Virus record (IMG/VR): IMGVR_UViG_3300036790_000419
Coordinates: 64,001 to 128,000 of that record
Source: a virus
Length of the DNA stretch: 64,000 nt
Reading direction: 5' to 3' (one strand)
Under the pieces are notes generated by a model. The model worked only from the letters and a program-made list of their open reading frames with translations, searched no databases and was not told where the DNA came from. This document shows positions 1-10,054 of this stretch, in pieces. Both the position numbers and the translations under genes were made by a program. How positions within the stretch are numbered: position 1 is the stretch's first letter; each line of letters opens with the position of its first letter.

Positions 1-45
1 GCGTTCGAAGACATCCTGGGCGACTAGGTGCCGGGAACTGCGGGG

Positions 46-76
46 AAGGGCTGCCCGGTGAACCCGGGCAGCCCTT
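46..76 (+). terminator. GC-rich hairpin after upstream gene (which ends at 27)
   Basis: 13-bp inverted repeat aagggctgcccgg/ccgggcagccctt. Confidence 0.55.
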
Positions 77-89
77 ACGGGGAGGCGCC

Positions 90-674
90 ATGAGGGCGCT
101 CGGGCTCGACCCGTCGCTGAACAGCGCCGGGGGAGCGAAGATCGACTCCCTGGGCAGCCCGGCCGCCCTCTTCCTCTGGAAGCCGCCTGCCAGGCTGCGC
201 GGCCCGGAGCGGATGGCCTGGCACCTGGACCAGCTGGCCGAGGTGGCGGAAGAGTGCGACCTGGTCCTCATCGAGGGCATCGCCGGCAGCGGGGTCCTGG
301 GCGTTTCGGCGCACCTGGAGCTGGCCGGCCTGCACTGGGTCATCCGGCACTGGCTCCACAAGGCCGGCATCCCGTGCGCCGTCGTCCAGCCGTCCCTGCG
401 GCAGATGTACCTGACCGGCAAGGGCAACGCGAAGAAGGAAGACTGCCTGCTGGCCGCCGAGCGGCGCTGGCCGGACGTCGGCTTCACCGGCACCGACGAC
501 GCTGACGCCTACACCCTGGCCCACATGGGCGCGGACCACCTCGGCTTCGCGCCGGTCCGGATGCCAGCGGACCGGCGCGCGGTCCTGACCAGGATCGTGC
601 CCGCCAAGAAGACCAAGCCCGCTCATCCGGCCATTGCCTGGCCCGTGCTCAAGGAGGCCGTCAGTGCCGGCTAA
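90..674 (+). CDS. ruvC: RuvC-like Holliday junction resolvase
   Basis: [22 protein letters not shown] and DDADA motifs; SD gggagg. Confidence 0.85.
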   Translation: MRALGLDPSLNSAGGAKIDSLGSPAALFLWKPPARLRGPERMAWHLDQLAEVAEECDLVLIEGIAGSGVLGVSAHLELAGLHWVIRHWLHKAGIPCAVVQPSLRQMYLTGKGNAKKEDCLLAAERRWPDVGFTGTDDADAYTLAHMGADHLGFAPVRMPADRRAVLTRIVPAKKTKPAHPAIAWPVLKEAVSAG

Positions 675-1773
675 GCCGCAGGGGAAGGACCCGCTTGAAG
701 AGGCGCTCGCGAAGATCAGGCGCGAGCACGGCCAAGGTGCCATCATGCGCCTGGGCGACGAGGAGCGCGTGCCGGCGGAGGTCATCGACTCCGGCTCCCT
801 CGCGCTGAACAGGGCGCTCGGCATCAACGGGCTGCCCCGTGGCCGGATCGTGGAGATTTACGGCCCGGAGAGCAGCGGCAAGACCAGCCTCGCGCTGCAC
901 GCCGCCGCCAGCGTGCAGAAGGCCGGCGGCCTGGTGGCGTTCATCGACGCGGAGCACGCGCTGGACCCGGTCTGGGCGAACATTCTGGGCGTGGACGTGG
1001 GCGAGGACTACAAGGGGGCCGTGGACTACGAGAGCGGCGCCATGTACGTCTCCCAGCCGGACACCGGCGAGCAGGGGCTGGAGATCACGGACACGCTGGT
1101 CAAGTCGGGGGCGTTCGCGCTCATCATCGTCGACTCGGTGGCGGCGCTGGTGCCCAAGGCCGAGATCGAGGGCGAGATGGGCGACAGCCACGTCGGCCTC
1201 CAGGCCCGCCTCATGTCCCAGGCCCTGCGCAAGCTCACCGGCGCGTGCAGCGACACGAAGACCACGATCATCTTCATCAACCAGCTGCGCGAGAAGATCG
1301 GGGTCATGTTCGGCAGCCCTGAGACGACCACGGGAGGCAAGGCGCTCAAGTTCTACGCCTCCATCCGGCTGGACGTCCGGCGGATCGAGACGCTCAAGGA
1401 CGGGGGCGACGTCACCGGCTACCGGGCGCGGGTCAAGGTGGTGAAGAACAAGATGTCGTCGCCCTTCAAGACCGCCGAGTTCGAGTTCCTGGCTGGCGAG
1501 GGCATCTCCCGGGCCGGCGAGCTTATCGACCTGGGCATCGAGGCGGGCATCGTCCGCAAGGCCGGGGCCTGGTACAACTACGGCGACCTGCAGCTTGGCC
1601 AGGGCAAGGAGAAGGCCCGGCTGTTCCTGCGGGACAACCCGGAGACGGCTCTGGAGATCGAGGTCAGGATCCTCACCGGGAGCGACAGCGTGAAGGTTCT
1701 GCCCGCCGGGAGGGCCGAGCCGGCTGACCTCCGCGCGCCGTGGGAAATGGACGACGCCCCGGTGAAGGCCTGA
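664..1773 (+). CDS. recA: RecA recombinase
   Basis: GPESSGKT Walker [30 protein letters not shown]; GTG 664 after SD aaggagg. Confidence 0.97.
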   Translation: MPAKPQGKDPLEEALAKIRREHGQGAIMRLGDEERVPAEVIDSGSLALNRALGINGLPRGRIVEIYGPESSGKTSLALHAAASVQKAGGLVAFIDAEHALDPVWANILGVDVGEDYKGAVDYESGAMYVSQPDTGEQGLEITDTLVKSGAFALIIVDSVAALVPKAEIEGEMGDSHVGLQARLMSQALRKLTGACSDTKTTIIFINQLREKIGVMFGSPETTTGGKALKFYASIRLDVRRIETLKDGGDVTGYRARVKVVKNKMSSPFKTAEFEFLAGEGISRAGELIDLGIEAGIVRKAGAWYNYGDLQLGQGKEKARLFLRDNPETALEIEVRILTGSDSVKVLPAGRAEPADLRAPWEMDDAPVKA

Positions 1774-1788
1774 TAATTCGCGCCCGTC

Positions 1789-1795
1789 CGTAGTA
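1789..1795 (+). promoter_or_regulatory. CGTAGTA-class promoter element
   Basis: Recurring motif upstream of gene 1826. Confidence 0.5.
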
Positions 1796-1825
1796 GGTGG
1801 AGTCAGGCCAACGCGAGGAGGTCAC

Positions 1826-3013
1826 GTGGACTTCACCACCGTTTCATTCGGCGGCGCCGGCCAGCTGCTCACCGTGGCGCAGGCCCGGGAGCAGCTGGCG
1901 GTCACCGACCAGCTCGGCTTCACCACTTTCTGGACCGGTGAGCTGCCTATTACGGCCGAGTACGGCAAGGGCTGGTTCGAGGGAATGTCGACCGCGCCCG
2001 CGCCGGCGTGGCTCACCCTGGCGGAGGGCACTTACCAGCTCACCCACCAGGCGGCCAAGCAGCTCGGCTCAACGTGCCGGGCCAACCAGAAGTACCAGGA
2101 GTTCATCCCCCCGGAGATGCTGTCGCGGCAGGTCACCTGGGCGCTGAGGGAAGGCCTGCACAAGAAGAACGGCGACGGGCTGGAGCTGAAGCTGCTGCTC
2201 AGCGACCAGTCTGGCCGGAATGCCGACGACACGGCGGACGTCCCGCTGGCGGTCGCGCAGACCCGCGCCACGGTTGAGCCGTTCTCCAACGTCCGGCTGC
2301 TCGACGTCATCCTGCTCGCGATCCGGGCCAAATTGGGTAATGAGGCAGCGGCTGGCGCCCTGATCGACTACAAACTGTTCCATGACCTGGAGCACACCAG
2401 CTTCCGGGTCGTCGTCCCCCTGGCCCAGGCGGTCATCGGGGGGACGGGCACCGGGGACGACGCGTGGTGCTACGGCATCGAGGTGTCCAACTCGCTGATC
2501 GGGCTCAAGCAGACGGTCATCTCCGGGTACCTGCTCCGGTTCGCCACCACGGCGGGCCTGACGGACGTGGAGCACGGGGCCGGCGGGTTCAGCCGCCGCG
2601 GGTCCACCCCGGAGGCGGTCTACGCCTGGGCCGCCGAGGCCGCCGAGGACATCCTCGGCGGGATGGAGTCGGCGTTCAACGGGCTGCGGGTCCTGCCGGG
2701 CCGCGTGGTGGACGGCGAGTACGGCTCGGTGATGGAGCAGTACTTCCTGCTCAGGCCGGTGAGCAGGGACTTGCAGCTCCGGATCGTGACTGACCTGGAG
2801 GAGTCCCCGGCCGGCGAGCTGACCATGTACGACCTGGCCACCGTGTCGGCCGACGCGGCCAACCTGGACGGTTCCACCTGGCGGGACGTGCGCACCGTGC
2901 ACGACCTGGCGGGGTTCATCGTCCACCAGGGCGGCGGCATGTGCGACGGCTCGCTGGCGAACGGGTGCCGGCGACTGCTGCCCGAGGGCTGGGAAGCCCC
3001 GGAGGCTTCCTGA
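1826..3013 (+). CDS. DUF932-like protein
   Basis: PFSNxxLLD and GIEVSNSLIG...GYLLRFATTAGL resemble DUF932 core; SD gaggagg. Confidence 0.55.
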   Translation: MDFTTVSFGGAGQLLTVAQAREQLAVTDQLGFTTFWTGELPITAEYGKGWFEGMSTAPAPAWLTLAEGTYQLTHQAAKQLGSTCRANQKYQEFIPPEMLSRQVTWALREGLHKKNGDGLELKLLLSDQSGRNADDTADVPLAVAQTRATVEPFSNVRLLDVILLAIRAKLGNEAAAGALIDYKLFHDLEHTSFRVVVPLAQAVIGGTGTGDDAWCYGIEVSNSLIGLKQTVISGYLLRFATTAGLTDVEHGAGGFSRRGSTPEAVYAWAAEAAEDILGGMESAFNGLRVLPGRVVDGEYGSVMEQYFLLRPVSRDLQLRIVTDLEESPAGELTMYDLATVSADAANLDGSTWRDVRTVHDLAGFIVHQGGGMCDGSLANGCRRLLPEGWEAPEAS

Positions 3014-3019
3014 GAGACT

Positions 3020-3066
3020 GCGGCGGGGTCCAGCGCCTGGCGTTAGGGCCCCGCTGCCGCATTTAT
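3020..3066 (+). terminator. Intrinsic terminator
   Basis: gcggcggggtcc/gggccccgctgc stem followed by AT-rich tail. Confidence 0.55.
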
Positions 3067-3068
3067 TG

Positions 3069-3098
3069 CTTGACTCTAGTTAAGAGAATGGGTAGTGT
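3069..3098 (+). promoter_or_regulatory. sigA-type promoter with palindromic operator over the -35
   Basis: TTGACT-17-TAGTGT; CTTGAC-tcta-GTTAAG at 3069-3084; ATG 6 nt after the -10 (leaderless). Confidence 0.75.
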
Positions 3099-3104
3099 GA
3101 ACCT

Positions 3105-3266
3105 ATGAAGATCTCTGCCTCGAAGGTGATCGTTCGCCGTCAGTACCTGGTTGACTGCAAGGTCTGCGGGGAGGGCGTTGAGACTGACGAGGAGTTCTGG
3201 GACCGCCAGTCGGCCGAAGAGGCCGTCAAGCGCCACCTGGATGAGCATGAGCGGGGGGAATGGTAG
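3105..3266 (+). CDS. 53-aa C2H2-like zinc-finger protein (not in ORF track)
   Basis: MKISASK...CKVC...HLDEH; leaderless start after promoter. Confidence 0.65.
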   Translation: MKISASKVIVRRQYLVDCKVCGEGVETDEEFWDRQSAEEAVKRHLDEHERGEW

Positions 3267-3478
3267 CCGTGTTTCCGCCGGAACTACAGGTTAAGCAGTA
3301 CGTGGCTCGGCTGAAAGGTGCTTTCGGACTTCACTGGTATGTCTACAGGACCGGATCTGACCGGCACTACCTGTTTGTTTGCGCTGAGAACTCGAATATC
3401 CAGATGCCGGTGCTCAAGTCCAGCCTGAAGGACGACGTGCGCAGCGCCCTGGCGAGCGGGTGGGGCCATGCCGGCTGA
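3260..3478 (+). CDS. Hypothetical protein, lower GC
   Basis: Overlaps both neighbouring genes. Confidence 0.5.
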   Translation: MVAVFPPELQVKQYVARLKGAFGLHWYVYRTGSDRHYLFVCAENSNIQMPVLKSSLKDDVRSALASGWGHAG

Positions 3479-3668
3479 GCCCCGCATCCTGGTGGCGGTC
3501 ATCCGCTGCCCGCTGCGGCTATGCGGGTCCGAGCTGGAGGGCACGTGGCTGGAGCCGGAGGACGCGGAGGAAGACACCCCGGAGAAGGCCCTGCAACTGT
3601 GCCCGGAGTGCGGCCACCGGTGGGCGGCGGAATGGCCGGGTTTTTCCTTTAAGACGGAGGCGGGCTAG
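3468..3668 (+). CDS. Small zinc-ribbon protein
   Basis: CPLRLC...CPEC. Confidence 0.65.
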   Translation: MPAEPRILVAVIRCPLRLCGSELEGTWLEPEDAEEDTPEKALQLCPECGHRWAAEWPGFSFKTEAG

Positions 3669-3676
3669 TGGCCGGG

Positions 3677-3847
3677 ATGAGTGACGCTGACTGGGAGCGC
3701 CTTGACGCCCTGGCGCTAAACACGGAAGTCGAGTTCGAGGTACCGCTGGGCTTCCTGGAGCTGCCGCGCCCGCCGCGAGTGCAGCGCCTCATAGACGACG
3801 AGATGGTGCGTGACCTGCAGGAGCGCCGGCGTGCTGAACCGCATTGA
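3677..3847 (+). CDS. 56-aa hypothetical protein (not in ORF track)
   Basis: MSDADWERLDALAL...; fills gap, GC3-rich codons. Confidence 0.5.
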   Translation: MSDADWERLDALALNTEVEFEVPLGFLELPRPPRVQRLIDDEMVRDLQERRRAEPH

Positions 3848-4772
3848 GGTCCGCAACTACCAGAGCCTGCGCGAGGCGGATATCCCGCTCGGGTGGTTCA
3901 CCGTCATCACCGGGCCGACCAACTCCGGCAAGAGCGCGCTGTTCCGCGCGGTGCGGATGCTCGCGCTCAACGCCCGGGGCACCGGCTACGTCAGCCGGGG
4001 GCAGAAGTCGTGCAGCGTGGCGGCCGGCGACGGCCAGTGGATCGTCCGCCTCACCCGGTCGGCCGCGCGCGGCGGGAAGAACGAGTACCAGGCGGCCGTG
4101 CGCGAGGACGGCGGCTGGCAGGTCTCGAAGGACACCAAGCTGGGCGGCCAGGTGCCGCAGCGGGTGGCGGGGCTACTGAACCTGACCGAGCTGAACTTCG
4201 CCTGCCAGCTTGACCCGCCGTACCTGCTGAGCCTGCCGGGCACGGAGATCGCGCGGAGGCTGGGCGACCTGACCAATGTCTCGCTGGTGCTGGGTGCCGC
4301 CGCCGCGGCGAACCGGGTCCGCAAGCAGCACCAGCGGGACCTGGACGCCGCCCGCGGGCGGCGCGAGGCCCTGCTGGAGGAGGCACAGGAGTTCGCCGGG
4401 ATCAGGGAGCGCCGCAGGGCCTGCACAGCGGCCGAGCAGGCCCTGGCCCTGGCCCAGGCTACGGAGGCGTCCGCCGGGCGGCTGCGGAGCCTGGCGGGCC
4501 GCCTGGAGGCCGCTGAGCGGGCTGCCGCCGCCGCCCGGGCTGAGGCAGCCCGCCAGGCTCCGCCGTCGCTGGCGAAGCTGGACGCGCTCGCGGGCAGGCG
4601 CCTCCGCCTCCGGGAGATGACGGCAGCGCTGGCCGCGGCCGAGCGCGACGCGCACCGGTACCGCGAGGAGGCCGGGCGCGAGCGCGGGCACGAGGCGGGC
4701 GCGGAGAAGCTGCTGCACGGCGTCCTGGCCGAGGCCGGCCAGTGCCCGGTCTGCGGGAGCATCGTCGCCTAG
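3831..4772 (+). CDS. Rad50/SbcC-like ATPase, N-terminal half
   Basis: IEVRNYQS, Walker A GPTNSGKS, Q-loop ACQLD, coiled coil ending in zinc hook CPVC. Confidence 0.85.
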   Translation: MLNRIEVRNYQSLREADIPLGWFTVITGPTNSGKSALFRAVRMLALNARGTGYVSRGQKSCSVAAGDGQWIVRLTRSAARGGKNEYQAAVREDGGWQVSKDTKLGGQVPQRVAGLLNLTELNFACQLDPPYLLSLPGTEIARRLGDLTNVSLVLGAAAAANRVRKQHQRDLDAARGRREALLEEAQEFAGIRERRRACTAAEQALALAQATEASAGRLRSLAGRLEAAERAAAAARAEAARQAPPSLAKLDALAGRRLRLREMTAALAAAERDAHRYREEAGRERGHEAGAEKLLHGVLAEAGQCPVCGSIVA

Positions 4773-4813
4773 TTCCCGATACTGCCTGCTGAGTCGACAG
4801 GCGGGAGCCCGGG

Positions 4814-5815
4814 ATGTCCAACGCGGCCGGGGAAGACCGGAGCAGCTTCCAGAGGGTCAGCTCCTGGGGCGGGAACGCGTTCGCGTTCGCTAAGGCCACC
4901 GAGGGGACTAACTGGTCTGATCCCGCGTTCGCGTCCAACTGGGCGGGCGCGGCGGCCCAGGGCAAGGTCCGCGGGGCCTATCACTTCTTCCACCCCGCCG
5001 ACAGCCCGTCGGCGCAGGCGCAGTTCTTCGTGTCGTCCGTCAAGGCTCACGGCCTGCGCGCGGGCGACGTCCTCATCGCGGACGTGGAGATCGCGGTCGG
5101 CGAGAGAACGGAGACTTACGGCACCTGGCAGGCCTCGGCCCGCTCGCACGAGGGGCTGAAGGGCGCCGCGCCGCACCTGAGTGCCGCCTCGGTGGGGCCG
5201 GGCGCGCTGCAGTTCCTGCAGGACGTGGCGGCCCTGGCCGGGCCGCACTGCAAGGTGCTGCTCTATACCGACGTCTCCATGGCGCAGAGCCTGCTGGGGG
5301 CGTGCTCGGGCTACCCGCTGTTCATCGCTTACTACGCGTCCGCCCCGGTCGCGCCCGCGCCGTGGAAGACGTGGACCTTCTGGCAGAACGGGGCCAAGGG
5401 CCCGGGCGGCGGGGACCTCGACTACTTCAACGGGAACGAGGCCGCGCTGGCGAAGTGGGCGAATCCGGCCCCTGCCCCCCTGCCGCCCGGCTGGGTGTAC
5501 CCGCCGGTGCAGAAGCTGACCGCGGCCGGCGGGGAGACCAGCGTACGGCTGAGCTGGGACGCGCCCGTCCAGCCGCCCGGTGAGGCCCCGATGCCTGGCA
5601 TCGGCTGGTACCAGGTCGCCGTTACGCGGGGCCCGAGGCTGGAGGGAGCGCAGCTGGCGAGCTACCCGAGGTGGGTGCGCAAGGGCAGCAACCCCGAGGC
5701 GTGGCAGGGCGGCTCGATCCCGCGCGGGACGCAGTGCACGGCGGGCGTGCGCGCGGCTGACGAGAGCAAGCAGCACGCCCCGGCGTGGGAGACGGTGACG
5801 TTCAGCACGACGTAG
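4814..5815 (+). CDS. GH25 muramidase endolysin with C-terminal FN3-like domain
   Basis: FAKATEG, GAYHFF, DVE, WTFWQ, DLDYFNG. Confidence 0.85.
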   Translation: MSNAAGEDRSSFQRVSSWGGNAFAFAKATEGTNWSDPAFASNWAGAAAQGKVRGAYHFFHPADSPSAQAQFFVSSVKAHGLRAGDVLIADVEIAVGERTETYGTWQASARSHEGLKGAAPHLSAASVGPGALQFLQDVAALAGPHCKVLLYTDVSMAQSLLGACSGYPLFIAYYASAPVAPAPWKTWTFWQNGAKGPGGGDLDYFNGNEAALAKWANPAPAPLPPGWVYPPVQKLTAAGGETSVRLSWDAPVQPPGEAPMPGIGWYQVAVTRGPRLEGAQLASYPRWVRKGSNPEAWQGGSIPRGTQCTAGVRAADESKQHAPAWETVTFSTT

Positions 5816-5817
5816 TC

Positions 5818-5824
5818 CGTACTA
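5818..5824 (+). promoter_or_regulatory. CGTAGTA-class element (CGTACTA), leaderless
   Basis: 6 nt before GTG 5831. Confidence 0.55.
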
Positions 5825-5830
5825 AACAGC

Positions 5831-6832
5831 GTGAGCCTGATTCTCGCTGTCAACGACATCCACGCCACCAGGCGACCGCCGAGCAGCTGCACTGGCAGCT
5901 ACTGGCCCGACCTGCTGAACCTGCTGCACCAGACGGTCGGCGTCGCCCGTGAGCGCGGGGCCAGCGCCGTGGTGTGGGCCGGCGATGTCCTGCACCACAA
6001 GGAGCCGCGCCGGACCGACCACGGCCTGATGCAGGACCTCATCCGGGTCATCCAGGCCCACCCGTGCCCGCTGTTCATCGTGCCGGGCAACCATGACCTC
6101 CGCTTTGACCGGCTGGACTCGATCGAGGACACCCAGCCGCTCGGGGTGCTCTACCTGGCCGGCGCGCGCCGCCTGGAAGGGTGGGCTGACGACGCGGAAG
6201 GTGCCCTGGAGTTCCCGCTGTACGGCGTGCCGTGGCAGCAGCAGTGGAGCCGGGAGGCACTCGGCACGGCCCTGCGCGGCTACACGGACCCGACTGGCGG
6301 GGAGTGGAACCGCCCGGTCCTGGTCGTCGCCCACGCGCCGCTCTACCCACCGGGCCGGGAGCCCGGCTACGAGGGAGCCGAGTTTACCCCGGCGTCCTGG
6401 TGGGCGGACGCTATGGGCGGGGCCGGGCACCTGCTGTACGGGCACATCCACGAGCCGCACGGGGTGTGGCGGTACGGCACCGGTAAGGGCGTGACGTTCT
6501 GCAACTTCGGGGCGCTGAGCCGGGGCAGCCTGGACGAGTACAACCTGGAGCGCGAGGTGGGTGCCGCCCTGTGGGACAGCGAGACCGGCGGGTTCGAGTT
6601 CGTGCCGCTGAAGGCGAGGCCCGCCTCGGAGGTGTTCCGGCTGGCGGAGCACGAGCAGGCTGTCACCGCGCAGCGCCGCATGGACGGCTTCCGGGCCGCG
6701 GTCAGCGCGGTGACGCTGGGCGTGCTGAGCGTGGAGTCGGTCATCGCGCACATCCGGACGCTTGGTGTCGGCCGCCCGGTGGAGAACCTGGCCGAGGAGC
6801 TGCTCACGGCCCAGCTGGGGGGTACACGGTGA
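5831..6832 (+). CDS. Mre11/SbcD-like metallophosphoesterase nuclease
   Basis: NDIH, AGD, PGNHD, AH, YGHIH motifs. Confidence 0.88.
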   Translation: MSLILAVNDIHATRRPPSSCTGSYWPDLLNLLHQTVGVARERGASAVVWAGDVLHHKEPRRTDHGLMQDLIRVIQAHPCPLFIVPGNHDLRFDRLDSIEDTQPLGVLYLAGARRLEGWADDAEGALEFPLYGVPWQQQWSREALGTALRGYTDPTGGEWNRPVLVVAHAPLYPPGREPGYEGAEFTPASWWADAMGGAGHLLYGHIHEPHGVWRYGTGKGVTFCNFGALSRGSLDEYNLEREVGAALWDSETGGFEFVPLKARPASEVFRLAEHEQAVTAQRRMDGFRAAVSAVTLGVLSVESVIAHIRTLGVGRPVENLAEELLTAQLGGTR

Positions 6833-7341
6833 ACCGCGGAGACCTGAAGACGGCCGTACTGTTCGACCTGGACAGCTGCCTGGCCGACACACGGCACCGC
6901 TGGCACCTGTCGCCGATGGCCGACCCGTCGTCTACCTGGGCGCGGTACTGCGCGGCCCGGATAGGCGACACGCCCATTCCCGGCACCGTGACCGCGGCCC
7001 GGCTGCACTACCCGCACCACCAGGTGAACATCTGCTCAGGCAGCGAGGCGTCGGCTGAGCAGGTCACGCGGATCTGGCTGGACCGGCACCGCGTCCCGTA
7101 CGACGGGCTGGCACTGCGCACCGACCCGGACGCCTCGAACGCGGACTGCAAGGTCCGCTACATCGAGTTCCTGCGGTCGCTCGGCATCGAGACGGTGCTG
7201 TTCTACGAGGACCACCCGGACGTGGCCAGGGATATCGAGGAGCGTACCGGCGTGCCCGTGGCCTGCGTTAACGCGCGCTACCCGGAGGACGCGCACAAGT
7301 TCCGGCAGACGGCGTTCGACAACAGGGGCGGTGGCCTGTGA
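6829..7341 (+). CDS. HAD-family phosphatase (PNKP phosphatase-like)
   Basis: LFDLDSCL DxD motif, CSG, FYEDH; GTGA overlap. Confidence 0.75.
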   Translation: MNRGDLKTAVLFDLDSCLADTRHRWHLSPMADPSSTWARYCAARIGDTPIPGTVTAARLHYPHHQVNICSGSEASAEQVTRIWLDRHRVPYDGLALRTDPDASNADCKVRYIEFLRSLGIETVLFYEDHPDVARDIEERTGVPVACVNARYPEDAHKFRQTAFDNRGGGL

Positions 7342-8177
7342 GCGACGACGGGGCCCTGCGGCTTAGCTGGTCGCGGCTTCGAAATCACGACGAGTGCCCG
7401 GCCAAGGGCGACCTGCTGCGCCGGCATAAGTCGCCGGCCACCAACATCCGCGACTTCTACCACGGCAACGTGGTCGACCTGGCCATGCGCCGCTGGCTGG
7501 GCCAGGAGCACCCGGAGCCGGGGTGGATGGCCGCGCAGGTCGACGCGATCTTCGAGGAATCCGAGGTGATCGCGAAAGACACCGGTGACGGGGTCGTCCA
7601 CTGGAAGTCGCCGACCGACAAGTCCGAGACGCTGGACTTCTGCCGCGAGCTGGTGACCCGGCTGGAGCCCATCCTGGTGAAGTACGCGCTGCCGTTCACC
7701 TGGCAGCCGGCGGTGCGGTTCAAGGTGCCCGTCCGGATCCAGGACCTGGACGGGCACTGGCGCGAGGTCGTCCTCATCGGCGAGATGGACCTGCTGGTGC
7801 GCGACGTGAACGGCCGGCTAGCGGTGTGGGACCTGAAGGCCACCCGCAACAACGCCTACTACAAGAAGGTGCTCGGCCAGCTCGCGTTCTACGCCATCGC
7901 CGTGAAGGCACTGCACGGGCAGTTCCCGGCGATGACAGGGCTTATCCAGCCGATGTGCGACCAGCGGGTGCTCCCGGTCACCGTCGACCACGACGCGGTC
8001 GCGCAGATGGCCGGGCGCATCACCAAGGCCGCGCGCGACATCCTGGCCGGCCGACTTGCCCCAAAAGCTGACCGGCACGATTGCACGGGGCCGTACGGCT
8101 GCCCCGTGCTGCACGCCTGCCCGGCGTTCAGGGTGGGCTCGGGCAAGCCGGGCCGCCTGTCACGGGCTGCGGCGTAG
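7338..8177 (+). CDS. Cas4/RecB-like PD-(D/E)xK exonuclease
   Basis: LSWS..CP, GEMDLL, WDLK, QLAFYA, three C-terminal Cys. Confidence 0.8.
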   Translation: MSDDGALRLSWSRLRNHDECPAKGDLLRRHKSPATNIRDFYHGNVVDLAMRRWLGQEHPEPGWMAAQVDAIFEESEVIAKDTGDGVVHWKSPTDKSETLDFCRELVTRLEPILVKYALPFTWQPAVRFKVPVRIQDLDGHWREVVLIGEMDLLVRDVNGRLAVWDLKATRNNAYYKKVLGQLAFYAIAVKALHGQFPAMTGLIQPMCDQRVLPVTVDHDAVAQMAGRITKAARDILAGRLAPKADRHDCTGPYGCPVLHACPAFRVGSGKPGRLSRAAA

Positions 8178-8179
8178 TA
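8173..8179 (+). promoter_or_regulatory. CGTAGTA-class element, leaderless
   Basis: 5 nt before ATG 8185. Confidence 0.55.
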
Positions 8180-8184
8180 CGGGC

Positions 8185-8436
8185 ATGGGCATCGAGGAGA
8201 CGGTAGCGCGACTGCGCGAGGACGTGACCGCCGCCCAGCGCCGGCATGCCGGCGCGGACGCGCGAGCCACTCAGGCTGAGGCGCGCGCGGCGGCGGCCCG
8301 GGAGGACATGCAGGCTGAATTCGGCGTGAGCACCGTGCCGGCGGCCCGGCAGCGGCTCGCTGACCTGGAGCGGCAGCTTGAGGAAGAGGCGGCCGGGGTG
8401 CGCGAGCAGCTCGAACTAGCGGGAGGCACAGTATGA
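8185..8436 (+). CDS. 83-aa coiled-coil protein (possible Rad50 middle segment)
   Basis: MGIEETVARLREDV... heptad pattern. Confidence 0.7.
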   Translation: MGIEETVARLREDVTAAQRRHAGADARATQAEARAAAAREDMQAEFGVSTVPAARQRLADLERQLEEEAAGVREQLELAGGTV

Positions 8437-9590
8437 GCGAGGCTCCGGGCAAGGCTGACTACGGCTCGCTGGAGTTCACCGCGCGGAGGTTCCAGATCGC
8501 GCAACTGGCTGAGTGGGCGCTGCCCGCCGTCCCGTCGTCGCCGACCCTGGCGGTGAACGGCTGCTTCCAGGTCTCAGTGAGCCCGGAGCGGCTGCGCGTG
8601 GCGGCCACCGACCAGCAGACCGCCGTCTTCGCCGAGGTGCCGGCGGTCATCACGCAGTCGACAGGCGAGGTTTTCATCCCCGCGCGGAAGCTGCGGGCCA
8701 TCCTGGCCGAGGCCTGCGAGGGCGACGTCACTATCGCGGTCAAGGGCAGTACCGCGCTGGTGACCGCGGGCCCGTCCACCTGGAGCCTGCGCCTGCCGCC
8801 CCCGGACCGTTACACGGGGCTGCCGGACCTGGCCGCCGCCAGCTTCGCCCCCGTCAGTCGCGAGGTGCTGCTGACAGCGCTGGGCACGGTGCGGCACGCG
8901 GTCGGCAAGGACCAGGGGCGCCCGACGTACACCCAGGTCCGCGTCGGCCCTGACAGCGACGGAACGTTCGCCTGCGCGGCCTCCACCAGCCAGTTCGCCC
9001 GCGCGCCGGTGCCCGGCTTTCCCGGTGAGATGCTCATCCCCGGGCACGCGCTCGATGACCTGGTCAAGCTCCTGTCTAAGGTTCCGGTGGACAACGCTGA
9101 GGTGGCCGAGGCAGGGCCGTACGCGGTGTTCCGCGCCGGGGAGGTCACGCTGGCCGCGCTGCGGGTGGCGAAGAAGTTCCCGGACGTCGGCCAGTTGTTC
9201 CTGCAGCAGGTTCAGGGCAACGACATGGTGCTGAAAGTCGACCGGGAGCAACTGACCGCCGCGCTGCGCCGGGTGCGGATCAATTCCGACGCGAGCACCT
9301 CGGCGGTCGCGCTCATCGCCGACGACGGCCGGCTGACCGTCACGTCCCGGGACAAGGACGCCAGCAGCGCCGAGGAGGTCATCCCGGCGGCGTGGGAGGG
9401 CGGCCAGCGCATCCTGGTCGTCAACGCGGTGTTCTTGCTGGCCATGCTCGCCGCGCACCCGTCGGCCACCTGCGACTTCCGGGTGGGCAAGGACCGCGGC
9501 AAGGCCCGCGCCCCCCTGGTGCTGGAGGACAGCGAGAAGAAGGTCACCGGGATCTGCACGTCGATGCCCCCGGCACTGGTGGGCTATTAG
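8433..9590 (+). CDS. dnaN: DNA polymerase III beta sliding clamp
   Basis: 385 aa; ATD, IPARKL, FPDV, LTAALRRV patterns. Confidence 0.85.
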   Translation: MSEAPGKADYGSLEFTARRFQIAQLAEWALPAVPSSPTLAVNGCFQVSVSPERLRVAATDQQTAVFAEVPAVITQSTGEVFIPARKLRAILAEACEGDVTIAVKGSTALVTAGPSTWSLRLPPPDRYTGLPDLAAASFAPVSREVLLTALGTVRHAVGKDQGRPTYTQVRVGPDSDGTFACAASTSQFARAPVPGFPGEMLIPGHALDDLVKLLSKVPVDNAEVAEAGPYAVFRAGEVTLAALRVAKKFPDVGQLFLQQVQGNDMVLKVDREQLTAALRRVRINSDASTSAVALIADDGRLTVTSRDKDASSAEEVIPAAWEGGQRILVVNAVFLLAMLAAHPSATCDFRVGKDRGKARAPLVLEDSEKKVTGICTSMPPALVGY

Positions 9591-9607
9591 AAAGAGAGGC
9601 GAGCAGC

Positions 9608-10054
9608 ATGAGTTACCCGCACTTTTCCGGGGACTGCGACGAGTACCACGAGCTGGTCCGCGACTTCGGCGGCGAGCGCCCGCGCATTGTGTGCCTGTGC
9701 GGCTCAACGCGGTTCTACGCGCAGTTCCAGGAAGCGAACTACCGCCTCACCATGCAGGGCGAGATCGTCCTGTCTGTCGGGTTCTACCCGCACGCGGCGG
9801 CTGAGCACGGTCACGGCGAGGGCGTGGGGCACGACTCGGCGGAGAAGGTCTCGCTTGACGAACTGCACAAGCGCAAGGTCGACCTGGCCGACTACGTGTA
9901 CGTCGTGTCCGAGGGCGGCTACTTCGGCGACTCTACGGCCGGGGAGATCGTCTACGCGGTGAGGAACAGGAAGCAGGTCTTGTTCGCCGAAGAGGTGGCA
10001 CGTGACCGGGCTTACGGGATGGGCTTGCTCGGAGTTGCGCCGGTGAGCCCTTGA
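9608..10054 (+). CDS. Nucleoside 2-deoxyribosyltransferase-like protein
   Basis: CLCGSTRF, LHKRKVDLAD, GYFGDST.GEI.YA. Confidence 0.65.
   Translation: MSYPHFSGDCDEYHELVRDFGGERPRIVCLCGSTRFYAQFQEANYRLTMQGEIVLSVGFYPHAAAEHGHGEGVGHDSAEKVSLDELHKRKVDLADYVYVVSEGGYFGDSTAGEIVYAVRNRKQVLFAEEVARDRAYGMGLLGVAPVSP

Noticed and set aside
990-1050. Short insertion in RecA ([15 protein letters not shown]) as intein or intron
   Set aside because: Only about 10 aa, in frame, no splicing motifs; likely a surface loop
7338-8177. Cas4-like nuclease as sign of a CRISPR system
   Set aside because: No repeat-spacer array or other cas genes; solo Cas4-like nucleases are common in phage recombination modules
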